Shown here piece by piece: positions 1-9,484 of a DNA stretch of 64,000 nucleotides (positions are counted from its first letter, which is position 1; every line of letters begins with the position of its first letter). The DNA lies in the IMG/VR virus record IMGVR_UViG_3300024308_000188, positions 62,001 through 126,000 of that record. One strand, written 5' to 3'. Below the pieces are notes generated by a model. The model saw only the letters and a program-made list of their open reading frames with translations. It searched no databases and had not been told where the DNA came from. Position numbers and translations under genes: made by a program.

Positions 1-370
1 TAACTGCCTTTCCTTGTTGCGGAACCAAATAGTTCGGATTGATAGATAAACGATCTTGGTTTTCACCTAAAAATTCCAATGGAGTTTCTGTGGTAAAAAC
101 TAAGCCGCTTTCATACTCAAGCCAAGCTTCTTTGGTTTCATCCAGATAATAAATGATCCCTGGAGTTTCCATAACACCACAGAGCATCATTTTCTTACGA
201 GCATCAAATTGTTCAATACCAAAACTTTTAGATGCAGCGTCAACCAAAAATTGATCACGATCAGCAATTGTAGCAAAAACTCTGTAGCCACCCTTGAGGA
301 AATTATCCTCAAGGATGAACGGAACAAAGTTTGTCGCTGGCTGATAAAAATCTGTAGCTGCCAACGGCAT
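1..370 (-). CDS. Partial gene (runs off window start), probable virion structural/fibre protein
   Basis: Not in ORF track. ATG at 370 with AGGAG SD; reads MPLAATDFYQPATNFVPFILEDNFLKGGYRVFATIADRDQ... with no stop to position 1. The GGYRVxATIADRD motif is typical of phage fibre/structural proteins. Confidence 0.6.
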   Translation of the reverse strand, partial: MPLAATDFYQPATNFVPFILEDNFLKGGYRVFATIADRDQFLVDAASKSFGIEQFDARKKMMLCGVMETPGIIYYLDETKEAWLEYESGLVFTTETPLEFLGENQDRLSINPNYLVPQQGKAV

Positions 371-387
371 AAAACTAACTCCTAGTC

Positions 388-3003
388 TTATGGAATACTT
401 GAATCTGGAACACTGGAGCCATAACTAATGCGCCAAGTGATCGCAGGGCCATAAGGGAATGTAACACGATAAACATAATACTGCTTGCCATTAACAGTGA
501 CTTCTTCAGCACTATTAAATGTACCATCGCTTGCAGTTGTTCCAGCGCCATCCCAAGAACCAGCAACATTATTACCAGTGTTGACAATATAAATGTAACC
601 CCAAGATTTAGGATACATAATATAAGCCAACGATTGCATGTTAGTGCTTGCACCAGTAGTGAATGTTTCGTTGTTTACTCCAGTTAAAGTTCCTGTCAAC
701 AAATCATAGAATGCAGATGTTGCGTAATCTGCTTTTAAGTTTTGCTGTGGAGCCATACCAAAACGTGGAGAAATGTCAGTGCTAATTGCTTTTGCGTTAA
801 TTGTGTAACTGGCGTTAGCGGTGCCACCGTCATTCACATAACTTGCAATTAATTGCACTGTGCGGTTTTGATCTAAACTCAATGGAACTGAAACAAGAAT
901 ATTGTTACTGTTATTTGGATCAACAACAGCAGTTATTCCATAGTTTGGTGACGCAATTGAGAACGTAACTTGTCCACTGTTTGCTGCTATAGCTGTCCAC
1001 TGTGTTGGAGTGAATGACATTTTTGCAGCAAGTTTGAAATCTTCTGTTGTTCCTGCATTCACGTTAATGCTGGTAACAGCACCATCATAGTTTGCTGGAG
1101 CAACACTGGCTTCAAATATTTTCAGTGTGTTTGGTGTATTTAAACGAGCGCGAATAGTTAAGTTTTGCTCAACCGCATAATCAACACCGTTATAAGTTAC
1201 AACAACACGAATACGAACTGTTTGGTTCGCAGTTATATTGTTTGGAACTAAAGTTGCAGATCCGTCAGTTGGATGTTCTGTGATAGAGGCATGAGCGCCA
1301 CCATTCACAATACTCCAGACTGTACGTGTACTATCTGTAACCGCAAGTGTTGTGTTATTATCAAAACGAATACGACTACGGAAAACTTGAGGCTGATCTT
1401 CAAAGAAGTCAGTTAATCCGTTATAAATTTCGGCACCTGTTGGAACAGCAACATCAGTAACAGTAATATTCATACTGTCATTTAAAGTTACTCCACCTTC
1501 AATATAGCTGGCGTTTAATCGTACCGTTGTATTTGTTGTAACACTTCCAGCAGTACCAGTTGCTACACCACCATTTTGATTTACAGCAAGTACAGCTGTA
1601 TTCTCGCTTGCGAAAATATTAGTTGTGTTATAAACAACTATACTTCCATCGCTGTATGTAACACGGAAAGTAAATACAAAACTTTCACCTTCCATTAATG
1701 TAGCCGGACTTGGGCCAATAATTGCAAGCGATTGTGGGACAACAGGAGCTTCAATAACTGTAACTTGTTTTGTTGCTGTAGCAGTAGCGCCACCAAAACT
1801 ATAGGTTGCAGTAAGAATTGTTGGAGTAGCTGCGTTAACTTCACCAACAGTTAGACTTCTGTTTGGATTTATCGACACAAGTGCCGGAGAGTTTGTAACA
1901 AAAGTAAGTGGAGTTACAATTGACTGCGAGTTATCGCTGAAAGTTGCACGTACACTATAAACACTTGACGTTGTGTTTTCAGTTACTTCATCAGCACCTA
2001 AAATTTCTAAAGCAATTACTTCTATACCAGCAACTATATTCACGTTCAAAGTAGCGGAGCGAGTAATACCTAAATGAGTATAACTTGCGGCCAATCTAAT
2101 CGGAGTATTTACGCTGATGTTATTTGTTGTCAACAAACCACTAATGTTTATGCTGGCGGCAGAAGTGTTTAACTCGTTTTCAAATATTGATGGGACAACT
2201 GCACGACTTGAACCATCAGCGAAATGAGCAATAACTTCATACTGCTCAGTTGATTGTTCTTGTACAACAGTAGGGCCAACAATTTCAATACTTAACAAGC
2301 TTCTGTCAACAAATGCAATATCTTCAGAGCGAGGATAACGCCATACAGCTAAAAATTCATTAGCATTATCTGGATTAATCGCATCTAAAAATAAAAGCAT
2401 TCCATCTTCAGGAGGAAAACTTGTATCAACACGCGCATATTGCGTAGCATTGATCTTTATCATTGTTCTTGCGTAATCGGGATGCGTGTGCAGATTTGGG
2501 TAACGATCATTGCTCATACGCAAATCGTCTTTTTCTACACCGATTGGTAAAACTGGCTCTATATTATTTTCCGAATCCGGCAGATTAGGTTCTAAATAAG
2601 CAAGACCTAAAATCGATGTTGTTGCTGGCCCAATATTTTCATTAGGTGTTTCAATACCTAACAAATTTGGATCGGTAACAACTGGAATCCAATACTGAGG
2701 TTCGTCCCACAACATATCGTAATCGGTGATTTCAATCCAAGCACTTTTGTATGGAGCGGTTGAAGTTTCATGATCCGTTCTACGCAAAACTTTTCTGTAG
2801 TTAGGATCAATCGGATTCAATGGCATCCATAAGATATTGTAGGCAACGCGAGAAAACGTAGGTTCACTAACGCTACATAATAATGTCCAAGTTTCATCAA
2901 CACCTTCAACTGGTTGAATAATGAAATCAATTGGGTTGAGCGGATCTATGCCACGATATGAACAAAGCTGGTAATGCTTTTCAATAAATTCAGCTAAAGT
3001 CAT
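388..3003 (-). CDS. Virion protein with N-terminal shared paralog domain and ~5 tandem Ig-like (BIG-type) repeats
   Basis: Repeating ~95-aa beta-rich units (LSIEIVGPTVV...YEVIAHFADGS; ALEILGADEV...YSVRATFSDNS; SLAIIGPSPATL...FRVTYSDGS); T/V/N/S-rich; downstream of sheath gene. Confidence 0.7.
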   Translation of the reverse strand: MTLAEFIEKHYQLCSYRGIDPLNPIDFIIQPVEGVDETWTLLCSVSEPTFSRVAYNILWMPLNPIDPNYRKVLRRTDHETSTAPYKSAWIEITDYDMLWDEPQYWIPVVTDPNLLGIETPNENIGPATTSILGLAYLEPNLPDSENNIEPVLPIGVEKDDLRMSNDRYPNLHTHPDYARTMIKINATQYARVDTSFPPEDGMLLFLDAINPDNANEFLAVWRYPRSEDIAFVDRSLLSIEIVGPTVVQEQSTEQYEVIAHFADGSSRAVVPSIFENELNTSAASINISGLLTTNNISVNTPIRLAASYTHLGITRSATLNVNIVAGIEVIALEILGADEVTENTTSSVYSVRATFSDNSQSIVTPLTFVTNSPALVSINPNRSLTVGEVNAATPTILTATYSFGGATATATKQVTVIEAPVVPQSLAIIGPSPATLMEGESFVFTFRVTYSDGSIVVYNTTNIFASENTAVLAVNQNGGVATGTAGSVTTNTTVRLNASYIEGGVTLNDSMNITVTDVAVPTGAEIYNGLTDFFEDQPQVFRSRIRFDNNTTLAVTDSTRTVWSIVNGGAHASITEHPTDGSATLVPNNITANQTVRIRVVVTYNGVDYAVEQNLTIRARLNTPNTLKIFEASVAPANYDGAVTSINVNAGTTEDFKLAAKMSFTPTQWTAIAANSGQVTFSIASPNYGITAVVDPNNSNNILVSVPLSLDQNRTVQLIASYVNDGGTANASYTINAKAISTDISPRFGMAPQQNLKADYATSAFYDLLTGTLTGVNNETFTTGASTNMQSLAYIMYPKSWGYIYIVNTGNNVAGSWDGAGTTASDGTFNSAEEVTVNGKQYYVYRVTFPYGPAITWRISYGSSVPDSSIP

Positions 3004-3006
3004 CGT

Positions 3007-4014
3007 TTATTCCTCCACCACAACAACAGCACCTTCAACCTGAATGCTGCTCATTCCGTTGATGTCAACCAGCGTTGCTTGTATTGTGTATTTACCAACT
3101 TGGTTAGCCACAAAAGTGTTTCCAGAAATGGATTGAATAACACCTTCATGACGTAAAACAATAACACTTGGAACAAATGTGCCTAAATAAGTTCTAAATT
3201 TTGTTTCAGGATCTGATTCACCAAATGCTTTGATGTTAATTGTGAATGTACGTGCTTCTGTAACAATCACACCATTAGCACGATCAAATACAGTTAACTC
3301 TGGAATAAAAAGTTCACCAGAGTAAGGAGGAACATTTAGTGCTGAAGGATTTAATGCAGGAGCAGTTGGAGAAGTTTCGTGAACTTCAGACAGCAACAAT
3401 TTTCTGTAACTACTATCGCCTGATACATTTGCGATCACAGAGAAATTTGCTTCCGCATTTCCGTTGTCAATCACAACAGTTCTTCCAGTTGTTTTTAACA
3501 TACGCGCTGGAATTTCAGGGTGCATTCCATCGTGAGGCAATGGATTCCGAGGATTTGTATTGCGTGGATCTTCAGCAGAAACAACTGTTGGAGTTTCACG
3601 TTCAGCCACATGAGTAGGAGTACGAGTTAACGTAACGATACCGATACGATCTACAGTAGCTAATTCAATTTCACCATTAGGTTCTTCACCTGGTAAGTAA
3701 AAATGATCATACCACATATCATCGAAATTAGTTATAGCCACCCAAGTATGCTGAGTGCCATACAGCGGATCAGGATCTTTACTTACGCGAGCAAGAACAC
3801 GTTTGTAACGTAAACTTGTTCGGTTGTAATCAATCCACATCACATTAAGTGGTAAAACATATTCATGCGGTTCAATTTTAGAGCAAGCAAAAATATTAGT
3901 TTTACCCAACACGCTGTTAGTGCGCTTTGCAATTATTGGAGTGTTGGTACTTAAATTTTCAATCTGAGTAAATTCGGTTAATGCAGCGACGAATGCTGTT
4001 TGACGACTATCCAT
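3007..4014 (-). CDS. Virion protein, paralog of 388-3003 and 4014-4676
   Basis: Shared motifs CSxxEP, LPxNVxWI, Y+.VL.R, W..I..xD, ATxDRIGIVTLT, HPExPARMLKT. Confidence 0.6.
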   Translation of the reverse strand: MDSRQTAFVAALTEFTQIENLSTNTPIIAKRTNSVLGKTNIFACSKIEPHEYVLPLNVMWIDYNRTSLRYKRVLARVSKDPDPLYGTQHTWVAITNFDDMWYDHFYLPGEEPNGEIELATVDRIGIVTLTRTPTHVAERETPTVVSAEDPRNTNPRNPLPHDGMHPEIPARMLKTTGRTVVIDNGNAEANFSVIANVSGDSSYRKLLLSEVHETSPTAPALNPSALNVPPYSGELFIPELTVFDRANGVIVTEARTFTINIKAFGESDPETKFRTYLGTFVPSVIVLRHEGVIQSISGNTFVANQVGKYTIQATLVDINGMSSIQVEGAVVVVEE

Positions 4015-4676
4015 TACGCTGCTCCCATATTTACATCAGCTTCTGTTAATCTGCGCCAAATTGCAGTTGTGTGACTGTCACAGACCAAAGCCATTCCAAT
4101 AGCTGGAGCATTTTGATTTTGAACAGTAACAAAGGCGCTGACTGTCTTTAACATCGTTGCAGGTTTTTCTGGATGATCGTGTGCAGTTGGATCTCGATCA
4201 TTTGTAAGAGTATAATGCCCTTCACTTATGATACGTGGAGCAAGTGCAATAGTAGGTTGAGTAGTCAGTTTAAAAATACCGGCTTCTAATGTTGTTGCAT
4301 AAGAAACTGGTTCATCATCCATGCCTTCTAAGTCTGAAGGATCATAGTATTGCTGATCAAAAACTTCGTCATAGAAATACAGAAGTTCCCAACTGTGTTC
4401 AAATTCACTGTGGGAACCGCTTGTTTTACTTGTACGTTGTAGTGCTTGCTTATAAAATTTGCTATTGCGATCAAAGTTGATCCAAATTACGTTAGCAGGT
4501 AGAACCATACGAGTTGGTTCTACCTGACTGCACACAAAAGTTGTGGTACGTAAACTTGTTGGATCTTGATGACGCAAAGCAACAGGTGTTTCGTTATTAA
4601 GATCACCCATGTTACTGATTATTTCAGCAGCATCAATGAATTTCTGTAAACGAAGTTCCATTGCCGGACTTGCCAT
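4014..4676 (-). CDS. Virion protein, shortest paralog of the three-gene family
   Basis: CSQVEPTRMVLPANVIWINF, ATTLEAGIFKLT and HDHPEKPATMLKT match the two neighbours. Confidence 0.6.
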   Translation of the reverse strand: MASPAMELRLQKFIDAAEIISNMGDLNNETPVALRHQDPTSLRTTTFVCSQVEPTRMVLPANVIWINFDRNSKFYKQALQRTSKTSGSHSEFEHSWELLYFYDEVFDQQYYDPSDLEGMDDEPVSYATTLEAGIFKLTTQPTIALAPRIISEGHYTLTNDRDPTAHDHPEKPATMLKTVSAFVTVQNQNAPAIGMALVCDSHTTAIWRRLTEADVNMGAA

Positions 4677-4687
4677 CAGGATTCTCC

Positions 4688-6382
4688 TTATGCTTCAATG
4701 CCTGTAAAAGTGCTGCCCTTCGGATTCAAATTGAAACGAACGTGTACACGTTTTGTTGCAATAGTCGGATCATAAAGCATGTCCAATACTAAATCGCCGT
4801 TTGCAATTAAATCTTTAGTGTTATTTCTTTCATCACATTGGTTATTGAAATATTCAACACCACGGCCAGCTTTAATTGGACGCATAAAATCATCAGCACT
4901 TGTTTTGATACTTGCACGTAAGAAAGCATCGTTTGGATCAAACAATTTATTCTCTGTGTAAGTTTTGCTGGCTTTCAAAATGTGAAGTGAAAGTGCAACT
5001 ACGTTAGCATCACGGAAAGCACTTGCACGAGCAAGCAATGTATTCTGTGACCATAAGCAGTAACCTAAACCATCTGGAAGTTTACGCACGTAGTTAACTT
5101 GAGCTTGTTCCAGAGCATCACGAGCACCTTGATCATATTCATGGCGAACACCAAGAATATTTTGCAGAGTACCATTCTCCATACCAGCAGCGGCAAACCA
5201 AAGAGCACGATTACTTGCGGTAAATGCCATACGTTGTGCAACGTCACCACTGATAGGAATATAAAGCTGGCGATCAGTGAATGTATCGTAAATCAAAATA
5301 TCAGGGCCGTACATGCCACCCCAAAAGGTATTAGCATTTAATGTTTGACGACGATAAGCAACACTGTTTGAAACTTCTTGCATATTACTTGGTGTATCAA
5401 GAATTGCATAAGCATCACCGCGCTGTTCAGCCAATTGCAACATTTTGTGTTGAATCAAATGGTGAGTGTAACCAGCGTTTACTAACAAGCTGATGTCAAT
5501 TTGTTCAGGATCTGAGTAAGCATCCCAAGCATTAACTATTTGAGTTACTGTGGCGCGTTGGCCATCATCACCGCCAGCCAAAGTTTCGTGGGCAGAAGTA
5601 ACGAATTCGTATTGAGCGCCAAACAATTCGTTGTGTTTGAAATCAATGTATTTACTGTTGACGTTAATAACATCTTCAATATACATTTGCTCGCCGTTCT
5701 CGTTAACTTCTTGAGTTAAACTAACAGTAAACTTTTCAATCGGTGCTATACCAGCAGCAAATGCTCCGTAATAAACATAAACATTCAAATGTTTTGGGTT
5801 GTGGCCATTTGAACGTAATGGAACACCAGCTGGATTTGATGGGCCAACAGCAACAGTTATTTGATTATTCCAAGCACCTGGATCTTTGGCGCTAAAGAAA
5901 CCAGTTACGTTTTGAATTCCAGGAGTTGTTGCAAGAAATCCAATATTTTTCATTGGATCTTCATTGCCTTCAGGAACATTAGATCCGGCAACAGAATTAT
6001 TTGTTAAGCGCATTACAGGATTAACAGCAGCCGGATCATCAACAGTCAACCAAGCAAAAGCAGTTTTAGCCTGATTGACAACACGCACGAAAAACGCACG
6101 GTTAGTATTTCTTAAGTTACGATCTAAACAGTAACCAGCAAATCCATATTTTTGTGGATTCAGATCGCCAAGCTTAGCACGACGATCTTCATTGTCGGTT
6201 ACGAAAATAGGTGTATTCGGTTTACCACGTTGAGCTTCGCCAACATAAGCCGGAATACTTGAGGAAACGAGTGGAAATCTTTCAGAAGCGTCTTTAATAT
6301 ATCCGTAGACACCAGGTGCCGGATTTGAAGGGTTAATCATAGCGTTTTTGCTCCATTGACAATACTTTTTCAGTATAGACAT
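4688..6382 (-). CDS. Contractile tail sheath protein (start may be ATG of MINPSN at ~6340)
   Basis: N-terminal PGVYGYIKDAS...SIPAYVGEAQRGKPNTPIFVT, middle GAWNNQITV and LAGGDDG, C-terminal DLIANGDLVLDMLYDP are sheath-family motifs. Confidence 0.9.
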   Translation of the reverse strand: MSILKKYCQWSKNAMINPSNPAPGVYGYIKDASERFPLVSSSIPAYVGEAQRGKPNTPIFVTDNEDRRAKLGDLNPQKYGFAGYCLDRNLRNTNRAFFVRVVNQAKTAFAWLTVDDPAAVNPVMRLTNNSVAGSNVPEGNEDPMKNIGFLATTPGIQNVTGFFSAKDPGAWNNQITVAVGPSNPAGVPLRSNGHNPKHLNVYVYYGAFAAGIAPIEKFTVSLTQEVNENGEQMYIEDVINVNSKYIDFKHNELFGAQYEFVTSAHETLAGGDDGQRATVTQIVNAWDAYSDPEQIDISLLVNAGYTHHLIQHKMLQLAEQRGDAYAILDTPSNMQEVSNSVAYRRQTLNANTFWGGMYGPDILIYDTFTDRQLYIPISGDVAQRMAFTASNRALWFAAAGMENGTLQNILGVRHEYDQGARDALEQAQVNYVRKLPDGLGYCLWSQNTLLARASAFRDANVVALSLHILKASKTYTENKLFDPNDAFLRASIKTSADDFMRPIKAGRGVEYFNNQCDERNNTKDLIANGDLVLDMLYDPTIATKRVHVRFNLNPKGSTFTGIEA

Positions 6383-6420
6383 AAATTATGGAGTTTTGAC
6401 AATGATTAAATTTTGAGGTA

Positions 6421-6450
6421 GAAAAAGAAAAGGGATCGCAAGATCCCTTT
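6421..6450 (-). terminator. Intrinsic terminator
   Basis: AAAGGGATC-GCAA-GATCCCTTT hairpin followed by a U-tract on the minus strand, just after the J-domain gene stop. Confidence 0.8.
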
Positions 6451-6455
6451 GTTGG

Positions 6456-7364
6456 CTAGTCGAATTCAGTTTGTTTGAATCTAAACTTTTCGGCTTTAGC
6501 CATTCTGATTTGTTCTGAAATTAAATTAATCGCAGTACGCATCAAAGCATAGCTATCACCAAATTGTTCATAAGCAGCGCACAGCATTCCACGAGGACTC
6601 AGTAAAATTGATTTTACTTCTTCCTGAATTTGTATTGCCTGTGCCTTCAATTCTTCAACTCTGCGCTTCAATTTTTCGGCAGCAGCTTTCTTAGAGAATT
6701 TGCTGGCTTTTTTATTCTTGGTTATTTTTAATTCATCGAGTAATGTACGAAGTTCATCAAAAGCATGTGCTTCTAATAAAGTTTTCGCATGATCGTACAT
6801 TGCTTTGCTGAAATCACTTCCCAATTTATCTGGATGCAGAACTCTATTAAGTTCTTTCTTGAGAGCTTTATACAACTTTTGAATTTGCTTATCCGACAAT
6901 TTAGGTTTTTCATTAGCACTAATTGTCTGACTTTCATTTAAAGCTCGAAGTCTTTCAAGAATTTCTTTACCAGCAGCTCCTTCCTGTTTCATACGAAGCA
7001 TTTCCTGCTTTAAATTTTCTTCGTATTTTTCGCGCTCAATCATGTTTTCTGCTATAAGCATATTTAATTCATGAAAGAGTTCCATATAGGTCGGATATTT
7101 AGAAAGTGTTTTATTAACCTGTTCCTCAAGAGATTCAACATGAGCCTTGATTATCTTGTTTTCATCGATCTTGCGCTGCCAGTATTGAATTTGATTTTCG
7201 ATACTGGTCAGATCTATATTTGATTCGTCAAATAATACAGGCAAATATACTTCTGTTCGGACATCAGGTTCCGATGTTTTTTCTTCAAACTGTTCTGGAA
7301 TATCTGGACGGGCTTTATCCCATCCTATCCATCTAGGTCGCATATCGTTACTTGAGCCGAACAT
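6456..7364 (-). CDS. J-domain (DnaJ-like) protein with long coiled coil
   Basis: IQKLYKALKKELNRVLHPDKLG: helix II plus HPD motif of J-domains. Confidence 0.65.
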   Translation of the reverse strand: MFGSSNDMRPRWIGWDKARPDIPEQFEEKTSEPDVRTEVYLPVLFDESNIDLTSIENQIQYWQRKIDENKIIKAHVESLEEQVNKTLSKYPTYMELFHELNMLIAENMIEREKYEENLKQEMLRMKQEGAAGKEILERLRALNESQTISANEKPKLSDKQIQKLYKALKKELNRVLHPDKLGSDFSKAMYDHAKTLLEAHAFDELRTLLDELKITKNKKASKFSKKAAAEKLKRRVEELKAQAIQIQEEVKSILLSPRGMLCAAYEQFGDSYALMRTAINLISEQIRMAKAEKFRFKQTEFD

Positions 7365-7369
7365 AAGTT

Positions 7370-7558
7370 TTAACCTTTCACAAGATTTTGAATTGGAGTA
7401 TCGAGCAATGAGCGCAATTCTGGACTAATCTCATTCTTGTCCTCGATATGATCTTTTAACCACTTTAAATTCGAGCCGCCTTCACTAACGCTTCTGCGGT
7501 GTTTTGGAAGATTTAATTTGGGATCGGCTAATAATCTGTTAAGAACATCTAATGACAT
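7370..7558 (-). CDS. Small hypothetical protein
   Basis: Fits the operon packing and has phage-like codon usage. Confidence 0.6.
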   Translation of the reverse strand: MSLDVLNRLLADPKLNLPKHRRSVSEGGSNLKWLKDHIEDKNEISPELRSLLDTPIQNLVKG

Positions 7559-7560
7559 TT

Positions 7561-8310
7561 TTAATCCTTCTTAGGTGCTGCAACACTTACACTGATTTCA
7601 ACTTGAGTAAGGCGACTGTTCATCAAATTTATTCCGGTAACAACATTTTTAGGATTGTATGTGAAACAAATTCGTTTATCAGAAAGCATTTTCTGCAAAT
7701 AATCGTACTGTGCGTAAATAGGATTATTTGCAAAATATTTAGATTCCATCAACAAACTGAGTAAAGAATCAGAAGTGTGGCCTTCAGGAAGCTCTAAAGT
7801 TTTACCATGCTGCTTCATTAAAGTTGGAACATGAGGATTCCAAGCACGAGCAAGCAGATTAAACTTGAACTGTTCAAAACTCAAGCCCGAACTTTTCTCC
7901 ACAACTTCTTCACCACTTATTCCAGTATTTAAGAATTCTGGAATAAGTATATCCAGTTGAGTAGTCAGCATGTTGTGCGTTTGAAGAGTGTCAGCAGCTT
8001 CTTCGATTGAACGATCCATGTAACACTTGATAAAAGTTTCTTGATCTAAAGCATCTACTGAACCAGAAGGTAATCTTCTGTACACAAATGGAATAGTTGC
8101 TTCCAACCAAAACTTCAAGTAATCTTCGGTTGTAAGAACCTGAGTTTTTAAACTACGATCTTGACGAGATACAATTGTACGACTCCAATAATCTTCAAGC
8201 CAAATTGTTGTTGTCGTCAAGTCGTTACCTTCCGCACGATTGTCAGTAACAGGAAACCATGCGAATTTTTTGTGCCAAATACCTAAAACTGATTTACTTA
8301 ATATTTTCAT
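7561..8310 (-). CDS. Hypothetical protein
   Basis: 249-aa ORF in a tightly packed operon. Confidence 0.7.
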   Translation of the reverse strand: MKILSKSVLGIWHKKFAWFPVTDNRAEGNDLTTTTIWLEDYWSRTIVSRQDRSLKTQVLTTEDYLKFWLEATIPFVYRRLPSGSVDALDQETFIKCYMDRSIEEAADTLQTHNMLTTQLDILIPEFLNTGISGEEVVEKSSGLSFEQFKFNLLARAWNPHVPTLMKQHGKTLELPEGHTSDSLLSLLMESKYFANNPIYAQYDYLQKMLSDKRICFTYNPKNVVTGINLMNSRLTQVEISVSVAAPKKD

Positions 8311-8813
8311 TTATTTATCCGAACTTTGAATGGATGATTTATTCTATACAGAGGCATGTCATGTATAGATCCTGAAGGAAATTTTTTCATAAATATTTCA
8401 AATGGATGATAAGTTCCGGCCAAAAGACTTTCAGCGAAATCAGCATCCACAATATGAGGTAAATCTGCAAGCATATCCGATCTATCTTCAATGCTAACAT
8501 GCCTTTCCACATACCAACTGGCCAGTAGTGTTACGGCCTGACAAGCACAATCTGCATACTGCTTTGGATCTACATAGTAGCCATTTAATAAATAGTAGAA
8601 TCCAGTTGCGGGTTCTTCCCTTACTACATAGTTAAGAGGGATCAATAAATCTCTCGACTTTCTTCCGTAAAAGCTTCTGTTTTCTTTCCACTCGGCAAAC
8701 TTATCCTGAAAATTTATACCATCAAAAGTAACATTGAATACAGGTTTTTGAAAAATAAATTTCATAGGTAAATGTTGTTTACCTTGAAACAACCAATAAA
8801 GCAGTGAGTCCAT
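8307..8813 (-). CDS. Hypothetical protein
   Basis: 168-aa ORF with stop/start overlaps on both sides. Confidence 0.7.
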   Translation of the reverse strand: MDSLLYWLFQGKQHLPMKFIFQKPVFNVTFDGINFQDKFAEWKENRSFYGRKSRDLLIPLNYVVREEPATGFYYLLNGYYVDPKQYADCACQAVTLLASWYVERHVSIEDRSDMLADLPHIVDADFAESLLAGTYHPFEIFMKKFPSGSIHDMPLYRINHPFKVRINK

Positions 8814-9484
8814 TAAAGCATATCCAGAATATGTGTTATTTTTTGATCGGAACCAATTCTTATTGCGGCAGTGACAGGATAATACAGCTTACGCGCAAAA
8901 AATGTAAGTGGGTCTTGTCCAGCTGTCACAACAAGTTTTGGAATGCTATCGAATACATCGAGAATGTCTCGAAGTTTTTCTATTTTGTACGGAGTTGATT
9001 CATCATTTATATTTGTTATGACCAACATGCAAGGATTTGTCTCACGGATTTGTTTAATAACATCATGAGAACTGTAGCCAGTTAACTTAATCCACATTGG
9101 AGCGGATCTTCCAGCGCGATGTCTGCTATCGAAATCGCTGTAAATATCCATAGCTCTATTCATAACAACAGCGGCCAATTGCTTGGCCCTTAGATCAGTT
9201 GGAAAACTATTTATAACAAAAGTGCCACTTCCTTTCAATGGATTTGCCATTAATTTTTGATAGCATTCTATTTGCTTTTGCTCACCCACGTTTCTTGTTT
9301 TGACCTCAGAAATTTTAGGCTTAAAACTTGATACGCAATTTAACAAGTCGAATGTTAATCTACGATTTGCAATAACGAGGCGATCCATGCCACACGAGAG
9401 CAAGAATTTCTCACGGTCTTTAGGAAAGATACAAGACACTAATGTCGATATGTCTTTTTGGGTTTTGGGTTTTGGTTTATTCAT
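8813..9484 (-). CDS. Possible degenerate DnaC/IstB-like AAA+ fold protein
   Basis: The order of elements fits a DnaC-like ATPase (beta strand FVIN, loop, helix RAKQLAAVVM, later CMLVITNI and PKLVVTAGQDP), but no GxxGxGKT Walker A and no acidic Walker B are present. Confidence 0.35.
   Translation of the reverse strand: MNKPKPKTQKDISTLVSCIFPKDREKFLLSCGMDRLVIANRRLTFDLLNCVSSFKPKISEVKTRNVGEQKQIECYQKLMANPLKGSGTFVINSFPTDLRAKQLAAVVMNRAMDIYSDFDSRHRAGRSAPMWIKLTGYSSHDVIKQIRETNPCMLVITNINDESTPYKIEKLRDILDVFDSIPKLVVTAGQDPLTFFARKLYYPVTAAIRIGSDQKITHILDML

Noticed and set aside
6396-6424. TTGACA-17-TAGAAA sigma70-like antisense promoter
   Set aside because: The -10 lacks the key final T and the promoter would fire into a terminator hairpin; probably chance.
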